A stretch of 64,000 nucleotides of DNA from an uncultured delta proteobacterium. Its GTDB lineage: Bacteria > Myxococcota > Myxococcia > Myxococcales > Anaeromyxobacteraceae. Position numbers and translations under genes: made by a program. The stretch spans positions 96,001-160,000 of the forward strand of contig CAVYBH010000001.1 of the NCBI GenBank assembly GCA_963766715.1, read 5' to 3'. Positions 36,355-46,004 of this stretch are shown one piece after another. The first letter of the stretch is position 1. Every line of letters starts with the position of its first letter. The notes below the pieces were generated by a model. The model was not told where the DNA came from. It saw nothing but the letters and a program-made list of their open reading frames with translations, and ran no database searches.

Positions 36355-37405
36355 GTGAGCGAGCGGCAGGCGGAGGTGGAGTCGAGGGTGCGCGGGGCGG
36401 TCACCCGCGCCATCGGGAAGGACGCGAGCCGGTGGCCGGTGCGCCGGCTGGCCGGGCACGCCTCCCTGCGCAGCTACTGGCGGGTGGGGACCCCCCCGGA
36501 GTCCCGGGTGGTGATGGTCATGCCCGAGAACGCCCGGCCCGAGGAGGCGACGAGCGGAGCCCCCCCGGTCGAGGACCCCTTCGTGAACGTGCAGCGGTAC
36601 CTCCGGGGCGCCGGCGCGCGCGTCCCCGCCATCGACGCCTTCTTCGCGGCCGAGGGGCTCATGGTCCTGGAGGACCTGGGCGACGAGATGCTGGAGACCC
36701 GGCTGCTGGCCGGCGAGCCGGCCGAGCCGCTCTACGCCGAGGCGGTGGACCGGCTGGCCCGGCTGCGGGCCCAGGCCGAGCGCGCCCCCGACCCGGGGTG
36801 CGTGGCCTTCCAGCGGAGCTTCGACCGGACCCTCTACCGGTGGGAGCTCGACCACTTCCGGGAGTGGCTGCTCGAGGCCTGGAAGGGAGCCGCGCTCTCG
36901 CCGGCCGAGCGCCCGGTGGTCGAGCGGCACTTCGACGCCATCGCCGAGGACCTCGCCGCCCAGCCCGCCGGGTTCACCCATCGCGACTACCAGTCGCGCA
37001 ACCTCATGGTGCTCCCGGGCGGGGAGCAGGTGGTCATCGACTTCCAGGACGCGCTGCTCGGGCCGCGCCAGTACGACCTGGTGGCGCTGCTGCGGGACAG
37101 CTACGTCGAGCTCCCCGCGGCGCTGGTCGATCGGATGCTCTCCCGGTACCTGGCTCGCCTCCAGGAGGCGGGTGGGCCGCGCCTCGACCCGGACGCCTTC
37201 CGCGGCACCTTCGACCTGCTCACCGTGCAGCGGAAGCTGAAGGACGCGGGACGCTTCGTCTTCATCGACCGGGTGAGGGGCAACCCCGGCTTCCTCCCCT
37301 CCATCCCGGCGTCGCTCGCGCTACGTCCGCGACGCGCTGGTCCGCCGCCCCGACCTGGCGGACCTGGCCGCGATCCTCGCCCGGCACGTTCCCGAGCTGG
37401 CCTGA
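36355..37405 (+). CDS. AmgK-like anomeric MurNAc/GlcNAc kinase (APH family); frameshift near 37320
   Basis: LAGHASLRSYWR, LEDLGD, HRDYQSRNLM, IDFQDALLGP, YDLVALLRD, QRKLK..GRF. Confidence 0.8.
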
Positions 37406-37413
37406 AAAGGAAA

Positions 37414-37441
37414 GGGAGGCGAGGCCCCGGCCCCGCCTCCC
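37414..37441. terminator. Hairpin between convergent amgK-like and actP
   Basis: GGGAGGCG...CGCCTCCC inverted repeat; A-rich run on the left gives a U-rich tail on the minus strand. Confidence 0.6.
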
Positions 37442-37468
37442 TGGCACTGGCGCCCGAAGGCGTTCGCG

Positions 37469-39007
37469 CTACTCGGCGCCGACGCCCAGGTAGGTGCGCA
37501 GCTTCTCGTCCTCGAACTTCTCCTGCGCCTCCTGCTCGGGCGTGAGGAGCGAGACCACGATGCCGACCGAGAAGGCGGCCAGCATCGACCAGATGGCCGG
37601 GTTCTTCATGGGGAAGATGGCCTTCTCGAACTTGAAGATCGTCACCCAGACCGTGGGCGAGAGCACGATCATGGCGAGCGAGCTGAAGGCGCCGACCAGG
37701 ATCGACCAGACCGCGCCCTGGGTGCTGAACCGCTTCCACACGATGGACATGAGCAGCGCCGGGAAGTTGGCGCTGGCGGCGATGGCGAAGGCGAGCCCCA
37801 CCATGAAGGCCACGTTCTGTCCCTTGAAGGCGATGCCCAGCGCGATGGCGAAGACGCCGAACACGATGGTGGCGATGCGGGCGACCTTGAGCTGGTCCTC
37901 CTCGCTGGCCTTGCCGCGCTTGATGACGCTCACGTAGATGTCGTGGGAGAAGGCGGAGGCGCCCGCCAGCGTGAGGCCGGCCACCACCGCGAGGATGGTG
38001 GCGAAGGCCACCGCGGAGATGAAGCCCAGGAAGGCCTGTCCACCCAGCAGCTCGGCGAGCAGCGGGGCCGCCATGTTGCCGCCCGGCGCGATCTTGGTGA
38101 CCACGTCCCGGCCGACCAGGATGGCGGCGCCGAACCCGACGATGGGGATGATCACGTAGAAGTAGCCGATGAGGCCGGTGGCGTAGAGCACCGACTTCCG
38201 GGCCGCCTTGGCGTCGGGCACGGTGTAGAAGCGCATGAGGATGTGCGGGAGGCCGAGGAGGCCGAACATGAGCGCCAGGCCCAGCGAGATGGCCTCGAGC
38301 GGGCTCGAGACGAACCCGCCCGGCTCCAGCGCGGCCTGCCCGTACTTGGCGCTGACCGCCGTGTAGATGTTGGCCGGGCTCCAGCCGAACTTGGCGAGGA
38401 CGAGCACGGTGAGGATGGAGACGCCGATGAGGAGCAGGACCGCCTTGATGATCTGCACCCAGGTGGTGGCGAGCATGCCGCCGAAGAGCACGTAGGCGAG
38501 CATCACGGTGCCCACGATGATCTCGGCCCACTCGTAGGGGATCCCGAACATCAGCTTGATGAGCTGCCCGGAGCCGACCATCTGGGCGATGGTGTAGAAG
38601 AGCACGGTGAGGATGCCGCCGATCGCCGCGGCGATGCGGACCGGGCGCTGCTGCAGCCGGAAGGCCACCACGTCGGCGAAGGTGAACTTGCCCAGGTTCC
38701 GCAGCGGCTCGGCCACGAGGAACATGAGCGCCGGCCAGCCGACCAGCCAGCCGATGGCGTAGATCATGCCGTCGTAGCCCTGCAGGGCGACCATGCCGGA
38801 GATGCCGAGGAAGGAGGCGGCCGACATGTAGTCGCCGGCCAGCGCGAAGCCGTTCTGCAGCGCCGAGACGCTGCGGCCGGCCGCGTAGAACTCCGACGAG
38901 GTCTTGGTGCGCCGCGCCGCCCAGTAGGTGACGACCAGCGTCAGGGCGACGATGATGAAGAAGAAGAGGATCGAGGATGCGGTGGGTGATCCGAGCGAGC
39001 TCTGCAT
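37469..39007 (-). CDS. actP: Cation/acetate symporter (SSS family)
   Basis: FYAAGR, QNGFALAGDYMSAASFLG, AEPLRNLGKFTFADV, GLPHILMRFYTVPDAK, AFAIAASANFP. Confidence 0.92.
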   Translation of the reverse strand: MQSSLGSPTASSILFFFIIVALTLVVTYWAARRTKTSSEFYAAGRSVSALQNGFALAGDYMSAASFLGISGMVALQGYDGMIYAIGWLVGWPALMFLVAEPLRNLGKFTFADVVAFRLQQRPVRIAAAIGGILTVLFYTIAQMVGSGQLIKLMFGIPYEWAEIIVGTVMLAYVLFGGMLATTWVQIIKAVLLLIGVSILTVLVLAKFGWSPANIYTAVSAKYGQAALEPGGFVSSPLEAISLGLALMFGLLGLPHILMRFYTVPDAKAARKSVLYATGLIGYFYVIIPIVGFGAAILVGRDVVTKIAPGGNMAAPLLAELLGGQAFLGFISAVAFATILAVVAGLTLAGASAFSHDIYVSVIKRGKASEEDQLKVARIATIVFGVFAIALGIAFKGQNVAFMVGLAFAIAASANFPALLMSIVWKRFSTQGAVWSILVGAFSSLAMIVLSPTVWVTIFKFEKAIFPMKNPAIWSMLAAFSVGIVVSLLTPEQEAQEKFEDEKLRTYLGVGAE

Positions 39008-39043
39008 GGCGACGTGTCTCCGGTGTCCGGGTTGCGCGGCCGC

Positions 39044-39415
39044 CTAGTGGCGGAGCTGGCCCTTCAGGCGTTCCACTTCGGGGTCGTAGGAGCGGTTGGC
39101 CCAGGCCACGTAGATGGCGGTGAGCAGCCACGCGAAGACGATGACGCCGACCCCCAGCGGGATGGCGAGCGTGGTGTTCTCGCCCACCTTCTGGGACACG
39201 AACGTCTTGTCGCCGGACACCAGCAGGATGAAGCCGTAGTAGCAGGTGAAGAGCAGGACGAGCAGCACCATGCTGACCGACCAGCGGCGCTTCACGAGCG
39301 CCTTGAACTCGGGCGAGGCGACCACCTCGGCGGCGGTGTATCCGCCGCGAGCCGGACGGCCCTGCGCGGGACTCTTGTTCACGGACTGTGTGGGGGCAGC
39401 GGCGACTTTTTCCAT
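39044..39415 (-). CDS. DUF485 (YjcH-like) small membrane partner of ActP
   Basis: SPEFKALVKRR, two TMs, YVAWANRSYD; GGAG RBS; immediately upstream of actP. Confidence 0.88.
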   Translation of the reverse strand: MEKVAAAPTQSVNKSPAQGRPARGGYTAAEVVASPEFKALVKRRWSVSMVLLVLLFTCYYGFILLVSGDKTFVSQKVGENTTLAIPLGVGVIVFAWLLTAIYVAWANRSYDPEVERLKGQLRH

Positions 39416-39627
39416 GTCTCCTCCGGGGCGGGAGCGACCCCTATAGCAAGCCTGCACGGAGAGCGAAAGCGCTGGATTTGCGTTGCTGGTGGGCAAAAAA
39501 ATGCGCCCCCCTTTGCACCCGAATGAGGGATGGAACGTACCGAGGGTGCGCACTTCGTGCGCTGCCGTTTGCGCTGGATCACTTCGTCGATGTGGTAGCT
39601 TGGGCCCGAGTCCGACGCGCGACCGTC

Positions 39628-40377
39628 ATGAAGATCGCCCTCTTCGCCGACATCCACTCCAACCTCGAGGCCCTCACCGCCTGCCTGGCGCACGCCCGGT
39701 CGCAGGACGCCGGGCTCCACGCCTTCCTGGGGGACCTGGTCGGGTACGGCGCCGATCCGCAGGCGGTGCTCGACGTGGTCGAGGAGTACCGGCGCCGTGG
39801 TTCACTGGTGGTCCGGGGCAACCACGACGACGCCGCGCTCTCGGAGGCGGCGGACGAGGGCATGAACCTGGCGGCCAAGAAGGCCGCGGCCTGGACGCGC
39901 TCCGTGCTGGAGCCGCGCCACCGGGAGTTCCTGGCCTCGCTCCCCTACCAGGTGCGCCACGGCAGCCTCTACCTCGTCCACGGCAGCGCGGCGGCGCCGG
40001 AGAAGCACGTCTACGTGACCGACCTGCGCGGCGCGGCGGCCTCGCTGGCCTGCGCGGAGGGCGCCTCGTGGGTGGCCTGCGGGCACGTCCACGAGCAGGC
40101 CCTCTACTACACGGTGGGCGGCGCGCGGCCGCTGCCCTTCAAGCCGGTCCCCGGGGTGGCCATCCCGGTGCCGGAGCGCCGCCGCTGGCTGGCCATCGTC
40201 GGGTCCGCCGGGCAGCCCCGCGATGGGAACACGGCCGCCTGCTATGCGATGCTGGACACGGAGCGGCCGGCCATCACCTTCCACCGCGTCCCCTACGACT
40301 GGGAGACGGCGGCCCGGAAGATCCTCGAGGCCGGGCTTCCCGAGCGGCTGGCGGTGCGGCTGCGGAAGGGGGAGTAG
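39628..40377 (+). CDS. Calcineurin-like metallophosphoesterase
   Basis: ADIHSN, LGDLVGYG, RGNHD, VHGS, GHVH, GSAGQPRDG all present. Confidence 0.9.
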   Translation: MKIALFADIHSNLEALTACLAHARSQDAGLHAFLGDLVGYGADPQAVLDVVEEYRRRGSLVVRGNHDDAALSEAADEGMNLAAKKAAAWTRSVLEPRHREFLASLPYQVRHGSLYLVHGSAAAPEKHVYVTDLRGAAASLACAEGASWVACGHVHEQALYYTVGGARPLPFKPVPGVAIPVPERRRWLAIVGSAGQPRDGNTAACYAMLDTERPAITFHRVPYDWETAARKILEAGLPERLAVRLRKGE

Positions 40378-40380
40378 CGG

Positions 40381-41790
40381 ATGGGCAGGCTTCCGGAGGC
40401 GGGTGAGTCGCTCGACGGCTACCGGGTCACCGGGAAGCTGCACGCCGGAGGCATGGGCGTGCTCCTCCTCGTCGAGGCGCCCGAGGATCCGGGCTTCCCG
40501 CTGGTGATGAAGATCCCGCGCCTCGGCTACGGGGAGCCGGCCGAGGCGGTGGTGAGCTACGAGGTGGAGCAGCTCATCATGTCGGTGCTGCAGGGCTCGC
40601 ACGTTCCCCGCTACGTGGGCGCCGGCGACCTGGCCGTCCAGCCCTACATCGTGATGGAGAAGGTCGAGGGGGAGTGCCTCAAGGAGCGGGTCGAGAAGCT
40701 GCCGCTCCCGCCCGACGAGGTCGCCCACCTGGGCGCCGCGGTGGCCACCGCGCTTCGCTCGCTCCACCAGCAGGAGGTGGTGCACCTCGACGTGAAGCCG
40801 TCGAACGTGATCCTCCGCCCCTCCGGCGAGGCGGTCTTCATCGACTTCGGCCTGGCCCACCACGCCCACTACCCCGACCTGCTGGCCGAGGAGAGCCGCA
40901 ACCCCATGGGCTCGGCGCCGTACATCTCCCCGGAGCAGGTCCTGGGCGTCCGCAGCGACCCGCGCAGCGACCTCTTCGCGCTCGGGGTCATGCTCTACGA
41001 GTTCGCCACCGGCAAGTTCCCCTTCGGATCGCCGACCGGCCCCTCCGGCCTCCGCAAGCGGCTCCACGCCGACCCGATCCCGCCCCGGGCCATCCGCCCG
41101 GAGATCCCGGAATGGCTGCAGGAGATCATCCTGCACTGCCTGGAGCCGGACGCGAACCACCGGTACGCCACGGCGGCGCAGGTCGCGTTCGACCTCGCCC
41201 ATCCCGACCAGGTGGTGGTGACGGATCGCGGGCGCCGGCTCAAGCGCGTCGGCCTGGGCACCCGGTTCCGCCGGTGGCTGAAGGCCAAGGGCATGGAGCC
41301 CTCCGCCGTGGTGCGGCCGTCGGCCCAGCTGGCCAACGCCCGGATCGTGCTGGCCGCGGTGGCCACCACCCACACGAACGAGCTCCTCTTCCAGGCCCAG
41401 CGCGACGCGGTCCGGCGCCTGCTCGCCTCCGACCCGGAGAGCCGGCTCGCCTGCGTCACGGTGGTGAGGCCGTCGTCGGTGGTGGGCGCCGAGACCGAGG
41501 ACGACGTCGCCACCACGCAGGCCATCAAGAACCTGGTCCACCTCCGCCACTGGGCCGAGCCCCTCCAGCTCCCCACGGCCTCCATCTCGTTCCACGTGCT
41601 CGAGGGGAGCGACCCGGCCACCACCGTGCTGTCCTACGCCCGGGCCAACGCGGTCGACCAGATCGTCATCGGGGCCCCGCCGCCCGATCTCCCGCTCCGG
41701 GCCCTCATGGGCACGTTCGCCACCAAGATCGCCGCCGAGGCGCCCTGCACGGTGACGCTCGTCCGGCCCCCCGCCCCGGGACGCGAGTAG
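40381..41790 (+). CDS. Ser/Thr protein kinase - universal stress protein fusion
   Basis: AGGMG, VMKIP, HLDVKPSN, IDFG, PYISPEQ; C-terminal USP pattern IVLAAV...EGSDPA..VLSYA..NAVDQIVIGA...APCTVTLVR. Confidence 0.88.
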   Translation: MGRLPEAGESLDGYRVTGKLHAGGMGVLLLVEAPEDPGFPLVMKIPRLGYGEPAEAVVSYEVEQLIMSVLQGSHVPRYVGAGDLAVQPYIVMEKVEGECLKERVEKLPLPPDEVAHLGAAVATALRSLHQQEVVHLDVKPSNVILRPSGEAVFIDFGLAHHAHYPDLLAEESRNPMGSAPYISPEQVLGVRSDPRSDLFALGVMLYEFATGKFPFGSPTGPSGLRKRLHADPIPPRAIRPEIPEWLQEIILHCLEPDANHRYATAAQVAFDLAHPDQVVVTDRGRRLKRVGLGTRFRRWLKAKGMEPSAVVRPSAQLANARIVLAAVATTHTNELLFQAQRDAVRRLLASDPESRLACVTVVRPSSVVGAETEDDVATTQAIKNLVHLRHWAEPLQLPTASISFHVLEGSDPATTVLSYARANAVDQIVIGAPPPDLPLRALMGTFATKIAAEAPCTVTLVRPPAPGRE

Positions 41791-41812
41791 GGCCGCAGGC
41801 CCGGAAAGCACA

Positions 41813-41847
41813 ACGCCGCCCCAGGGCCGGAGCCCGGAGAGCGGCGT
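41813..41847. terminator. Hairpin between convergent kinase-USP and small ORF
   Basis: ACGCCGC...GCGGCGT arms. Confidence 0.45.
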
Positions 41848-41871
41848 CGGGTGCTTCGGGAAGCGAGTCGG

Positions 41872-42075
41872 CTACTTCTTGCCGCGGTTCATCACCTTGA
41901 GGAGCAGCCAGATGACGACGCCCAGGGCGGCGACGCCGCCGAGGAGCGCGAAGAAGGTGCCCGGGCCGGCGTTCATCTCGGTCACGCCGGTGTCGGCCGA
42001 ATCCGAGGCGAGCGCGACGGTCGAGGTCGCGAGGGCGGTGGTGGCTGCCGCTGCCTGCATCAGGAACTTCTTCAT
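41872..42075 (-). CDS. 67-aa protein: signal peptide + single TM + basic tail
   Basis: MKKFL...VALA leader, acidic SDSADTGVTE, TM FFALLGGVAALGVVIWLLL, KVMNRGKK; GGAG RBS; GC-rich third positions. Confidence 0.7.
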   Translation of the reverse strand: MKKFLMQAAAATTALATSTVALASDSADTGVTEMNAGPGTFFALLGGVAALGVVIWLLLKVMNRGKK

Positions 42076-42114
42076 CTGGTGATCTCCGCTCTGGTGAATG
42101 CTTCTGGAACGAAA

Positions 42115-42140
42115 CCCCCCTCGCCGTGAGGCGAGGGGGG
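42115..42140 (-). terminator. Intrinsic terminator after MHS transporter
   Basis: CCCCCCTCGCC-gtga-GGCGAGGGGGG, 11-bp stem, followed by TTTCGTT on the minus strand. Confidence 0.75.
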
Positions 42141-42166
42141 CGGGAACTTCGAAATCGATCTGCCCG

Positions 42167-43843
42167 CTACGCGTCGTGGTGGATGGCTGCGTTCGGATCC
42201 GTGTCCTTGAGGAACAGGGAGCCGACCACGAGCGACATCACGGCGATGGCGATCGGGTACCACAGGCCGGAGTAGATGTCACCGGTGGCGGTCACGATGG
42301 CGAACGCAATCGTGGGGAGGAAGCCGCCGAACCAGCCGTTGCCGATGTGGTACGGCAGCGACATCGAGGTGTAGCGGATGCGGGCCGGGAACATCTCGAC
42401 CAGGTAGGCGCCGATGGGGGCGTACACCATGGTCACGTAGATGACGAGGATGACGAGGAGGAAGATCAGCATCGGCGTGTTGACCCGCGTGAGGTCAGCC
42501 TTGGCCGGGTAGGTCTTCGTGAGCGCCGACGCCTTCGCGCCGAAGGCCGCCGACTGGGCCTTGAAGTCCGCCGGAGCGAGCGCGACGCCGTCGAAGGCCT
42601 CGAGCTTCTCGGAGCCGACCGTCATGTAGGCGACGGCGCCGGCCGGGAGGGCCTCGTTGGTGTACGGGATGCCCTTCTTCGACAGGAAGCTCTTCGCCAC
42701 GTCGCAGGACTTCTTGAAGGTGGCCTTGCCGACGGGGTCGAACTGGAAGGTGCAGTTGTTCGGGTCGGCGAAGACCTTCACCGGGTACTGCTGGGTGGCC
42801 TCGAGGAGGGCCGGGTTGGCCGCCTTGGTGATGCCGCGGAAGATGGGGAAGTAGGTCGCGGCGGCGAGCAGCAGGCCGGCCATGATGATCCACTTGCGGC
42901 CCAGCTTGTCGGAGAGCGCGCCGAAGATGATGAAGAACGGCGTGCCGATGATGAGGGCGGCGGCGATGACGAGGTTGCCGAACTGGGGGTCGACCTTGAG
43001 GATGTTGATGACGAAGAAGAGCTCGTAGAACATGCCCGTGTACCAGACCACGCCCTGGCCGGCGACGGCGCCGAAGAGGGCGAGGAGCACGATCTTGAGG
43101 TTGCGCCACTTGAGGAAGGACTCGGTGAGCGGCGCCTTCGAGCCCTTGCCCTCTTCCTTCATGCGCTTGAACACCGGCGACTCGGACAGCTGGAGCCGGA
43201 TCCACACCGAGATGCCGAGCAGCGCGATGGAGAGGAGGAACGGAACGCGCCAGCCCCACTCCTCGAACTTGGCGGTGCCGATCAGGATGCGGGTGCCGAG
43301 GATCACGAGCAGCGAGAGGAACAGGCCGAGGGTGGCCGTCGTCTGGATGAAGCTCGTGAAGTAGCCGCGGCGGCCGTCCGGCGAGTGCTCGGCCACGTAG
43401 GTGGCCGCACCGCCGTACTCGCCGCCGAGGGCGAGGCCCTGGAAGAGGCGGAGGGTGATGAGGATGATCGGCGCCGTGATGCCGAGCGTCGCGTACCCGG
43501 GCAGGAGGCCGACGATGAAGGTCGCGCCGCCCATCAGGAGGATGGTGATGAGGAAGGTGTACTTGCGGCCGATCAGGTCGCCGAGGCGCCCGAAGACGAT
43601 GGCCCCGAAGGGGCGCACGAAGAAGCCGGCGGCGAAGGCGAGCAGGGCGAAGATGAACGAGGTGGCCTCGTTCACCGCGACGAAGAAGTGCTTGGCGATG
43701 ATCGCGGCCAGCGATCCGTAGAGGTAGAAGTCGTACCACTCGAAGACCGTTCCGAGCGATGAGGCGAAGACGACCATCCGTTCTGCCTTGGTCATCCCGG
43801 CGCCAGTCGAGCTGAGTTCGGGGGTCTGGGGGGAAACGGCCAT
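42167..43843 (-). CDS. MFS transporter, metabolite:H+ symporter (MHS) family, with inserted soluble loop
   Basis: GTVFEWYDF, RPFG, GDLIGRK, QGLALGGEYGGA, WGWRVPF, EMFPARIRY; GGAGG RBS. Confidence 0.92.
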   Translation of the reverse strand: MAVSPQTPELSSTGAGMTKAERMVVFASSLGTVFEWYDFYLYGSLAAIIAKHFFVAVNEATSFIFALLAFAAGFFVRPFGAIVFGRLGDLIGRKYTFLITILLMGGATFIVGLLPGYATLGITAPIILITLRLFQGLALGGEYGGAATYVAEHSPDGRRGYFTSFIQTTATLGLFLSLLVILGTRILIGTAKFEEWGWRVPFLLSIALLGISVWIRLQLSESPVFKRMKEEGKGSKAPLTESFLKWRNLKIVLLALFGAVAGQGVVWYTGMFYELFFVINILKVDPQFGNLVIAAALIIGTPFFIIFGALSDKLGRKWIIMAGLLLAAATYFPIFRGITKAANPALLEATQQYPVKVFADPNNCTFQFDPVGKATFKKSCDVAKSFLSKKGIPYTNEALPAGAVAYMTVGSEKLEAFDGVALAPADFKAQSAAFGAKASALTKTYPAKADLTRVNTPMLIFLLVILVIYVTMVYAPIGAYLVEMFPARIRYTSMSLPYHIGNGWFGGFLPTIAFAIVTATGDIYSGLWYPIAIAVMSLVVGSLFLKDTDPNAAIHHDA

Positions 43844-44011
43844 TGTTGATCCTCCGCGGGGGGTGTGTGTGTGTCGGTGAGGTCTGCGCGTCGTGCGACT
43901 GAAGCCTGGGGGGCCCGGTACAAAGGGAACCGACACCTTATTACAGTTGCGCGCAATTTTGGAACCCCAGCGCACCACTTGCGCGAAAAAGCTACGCCGC
44001 ACTGCGCAAAA

Positions 44012-44025
44012 TTGACGCGGGTCAA
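44012..44025. promoter_or_regulatory. FNR/CRP-family-like box TTGAC-N4-GTCAA
   Basis: aTTGACgcggGTCAAt perfect arms between divergent MHS and DUF294 genes. Confidence 0.6.
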
Positions 44026-44184
44026 TGTGATTTGCGCCAGGCTTTGCGTGGGAATCGCGCTGCGGCCTGCGCGTGCACCGCACCCGCTCCGGATGGGTTG
44101 TTACTCTCCGTGAGGGGCGTCCGCGCGATCGCGGGTCCCGTCCGGGCAGGGTCATCCCGGATGGCGCGTGCTATCGTCCCGCCG

Positions 44185-45988
44185 ATGGCCGCCCTCGATC
44201 CCGTCGCCTTCGTCCGAGCCACGCCCCCGTTCGACAGCCTTTCCCCGGAGCTCTTCGACTCGGCGTCGAAGAGCCTGGAGGTCATCTACTACCCGACCGG
44301 TACGAAGCTCGTGACCGTCGGGGAGAAGCCCCTCGAGCACCTCTACGTGATCCGCAAGGGAGCCATCCGGCTGGAGCGCGGAGGGCAGACCATCCAGGTG
44401 CTCGAGGAGGGGGAGACCTTCGGCTACACCTCGCTCATCACCGGGAAGGCCACGCTCGACGGGGTCGTCGAGGAGGACCTGCTCGCCTACCGGATCCCGG
44501 GCGAGGAGTTCCGCCGGCTGCTCTCCGACGCCCGCTTCGCCTGCCACTTCGCCGCCGGGATCGCCACGCGCCTCGAGGCCAGCCTGGAGCAGTCGCCGGT
44601 GGCCACCTTCCGCGTCGACCTGGCCGCGCCGGTCGAGACGCTGGTCCGGCGCCCGGCCGTCTGGGTGGACGCCGACGCGACGGTCGGCGACGCGGCCCGC
44701 CTCATGACCGAGGAGCGCGTCTCGTCGGTGCTGGTCCGCGGGCAGCCGCCCGGCATCGTCACCGACCGGGACTTCCGCGGCCGCGTGCTGGCCCAGGGGC
44801 TGGGGCCCGCCACGCCGGTCGAGCGGGTCCTCTCCCGGCCCCTCAAGCACGTCGAGGGCGCCATGCCGGTCCACGAGGCGTGGGCCGTCCTCCTCGAGGC
44901 CAACGTCCACCATCTCCCCGTGGTGCAGGACGGCCAGATCGTCGGGGTCCTCACCGACACCGACCTGCTCAAGCACACCTCCCAGGGCCCGGTCGCGGTG
45001 CTCCGCCTCGTGGAGAAGCTGCCGGGGCGCGAGAGCCTGCCGGGCTATTCCCGCAAGGTCACCGAGATGGTCGCGTCCCTGCTCGCCGGCGGGCTGCGTC
45101 CGGTGGTGATCGCCGGGTTCGTGGCCCAGCTGAACGACGCGCTCATGAAGCGGATCCTCCACTGGGCGGAGCAGGACCTGGGCGAGCCTCCCGCGCCCTA
45201 CGCCTGGCTCGCCCTCGGCTCGGAGGGGCGCCAGGAGCAGACCCTCCTCACCGACCAGGACAACGCCATCGTCTTCGCCGACGAGGGCGCCGCCTCGCGC
45301 GAGTACTACGTGGCGCTCGCCGACCGGGCCAACACCGACCTCGCCGCGGCGGGCTTCCCGAAGTGTCCGGGCGGCTACATGGCCCGGAACTACTCGGGCA
45401 CGCTCACCGAGTGGCGCGACCGCTTCGCCGGCTGGGTGGGCGACCCCACCGCCCAGAGCGTCCTCGAGGCGGCCATCTTCTTCGACTACCGGCGCGTGGC
45501 CGGGTCGCTGTCGCTCGAGCCGCTCCAGGAGGTGCTGGAGGGGATCCCCAAGCGCGAGTCCTTCGTGCGCGGCCTGGTGCGCCAGGCGCTCGACTTCCGG
45601 CCCCCGCCGCTCCTGGTGATGCGGCTCCGCGGCGGGGCCACCGAGCTCGACCTCAAGAGGCAGGGGATCGCACCGGTGGTCTTCCTGGCCCGCTGCTACG
45701 CGCTGGCGGTGGGGAGCACACGCCCGCAACACGCTCGATCGGCTGCAGGCGGCCACGCGCGCCGGGCTCATGGGCCCCGACGCGAGCGCCACGGTCATGG
45801 AGGCCTACCGCTTCCTCCTCGGGCTGCGGCTGCGCCTGCAGCTGAAGATGCTCTCGGAGGGGAAGCCGCCCACCAACGTGGTCTCCCTCTCGCAGCTCTC
45901 CGCCATCGAGCGGAGCCGGCTCAAGGACTCGCTCCGGGCCATCGCCTCCTGGCAGGACAAGGCCGCGTACCGGTACCAGGTGGTCTGA
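44185..45988 (+). CDS. cNMP-binding + CBS + DUF294 nucleotidyltransferase-like signalling protein (frameshift near 45720)
   Basis: LYVIRKG..GETFG (cNMP), GIVTDRD and HHLPVV (CBS), LGSEGRQEQTLLTDQDNAI, CPGGYMA, LDLKRQG; tail LSAIERSRLKDSL in ORF 45770..45988. Confidence 0.9.
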
Positions 45989-46004
45989 GCGGCCGGGGCC
46001 CCGC

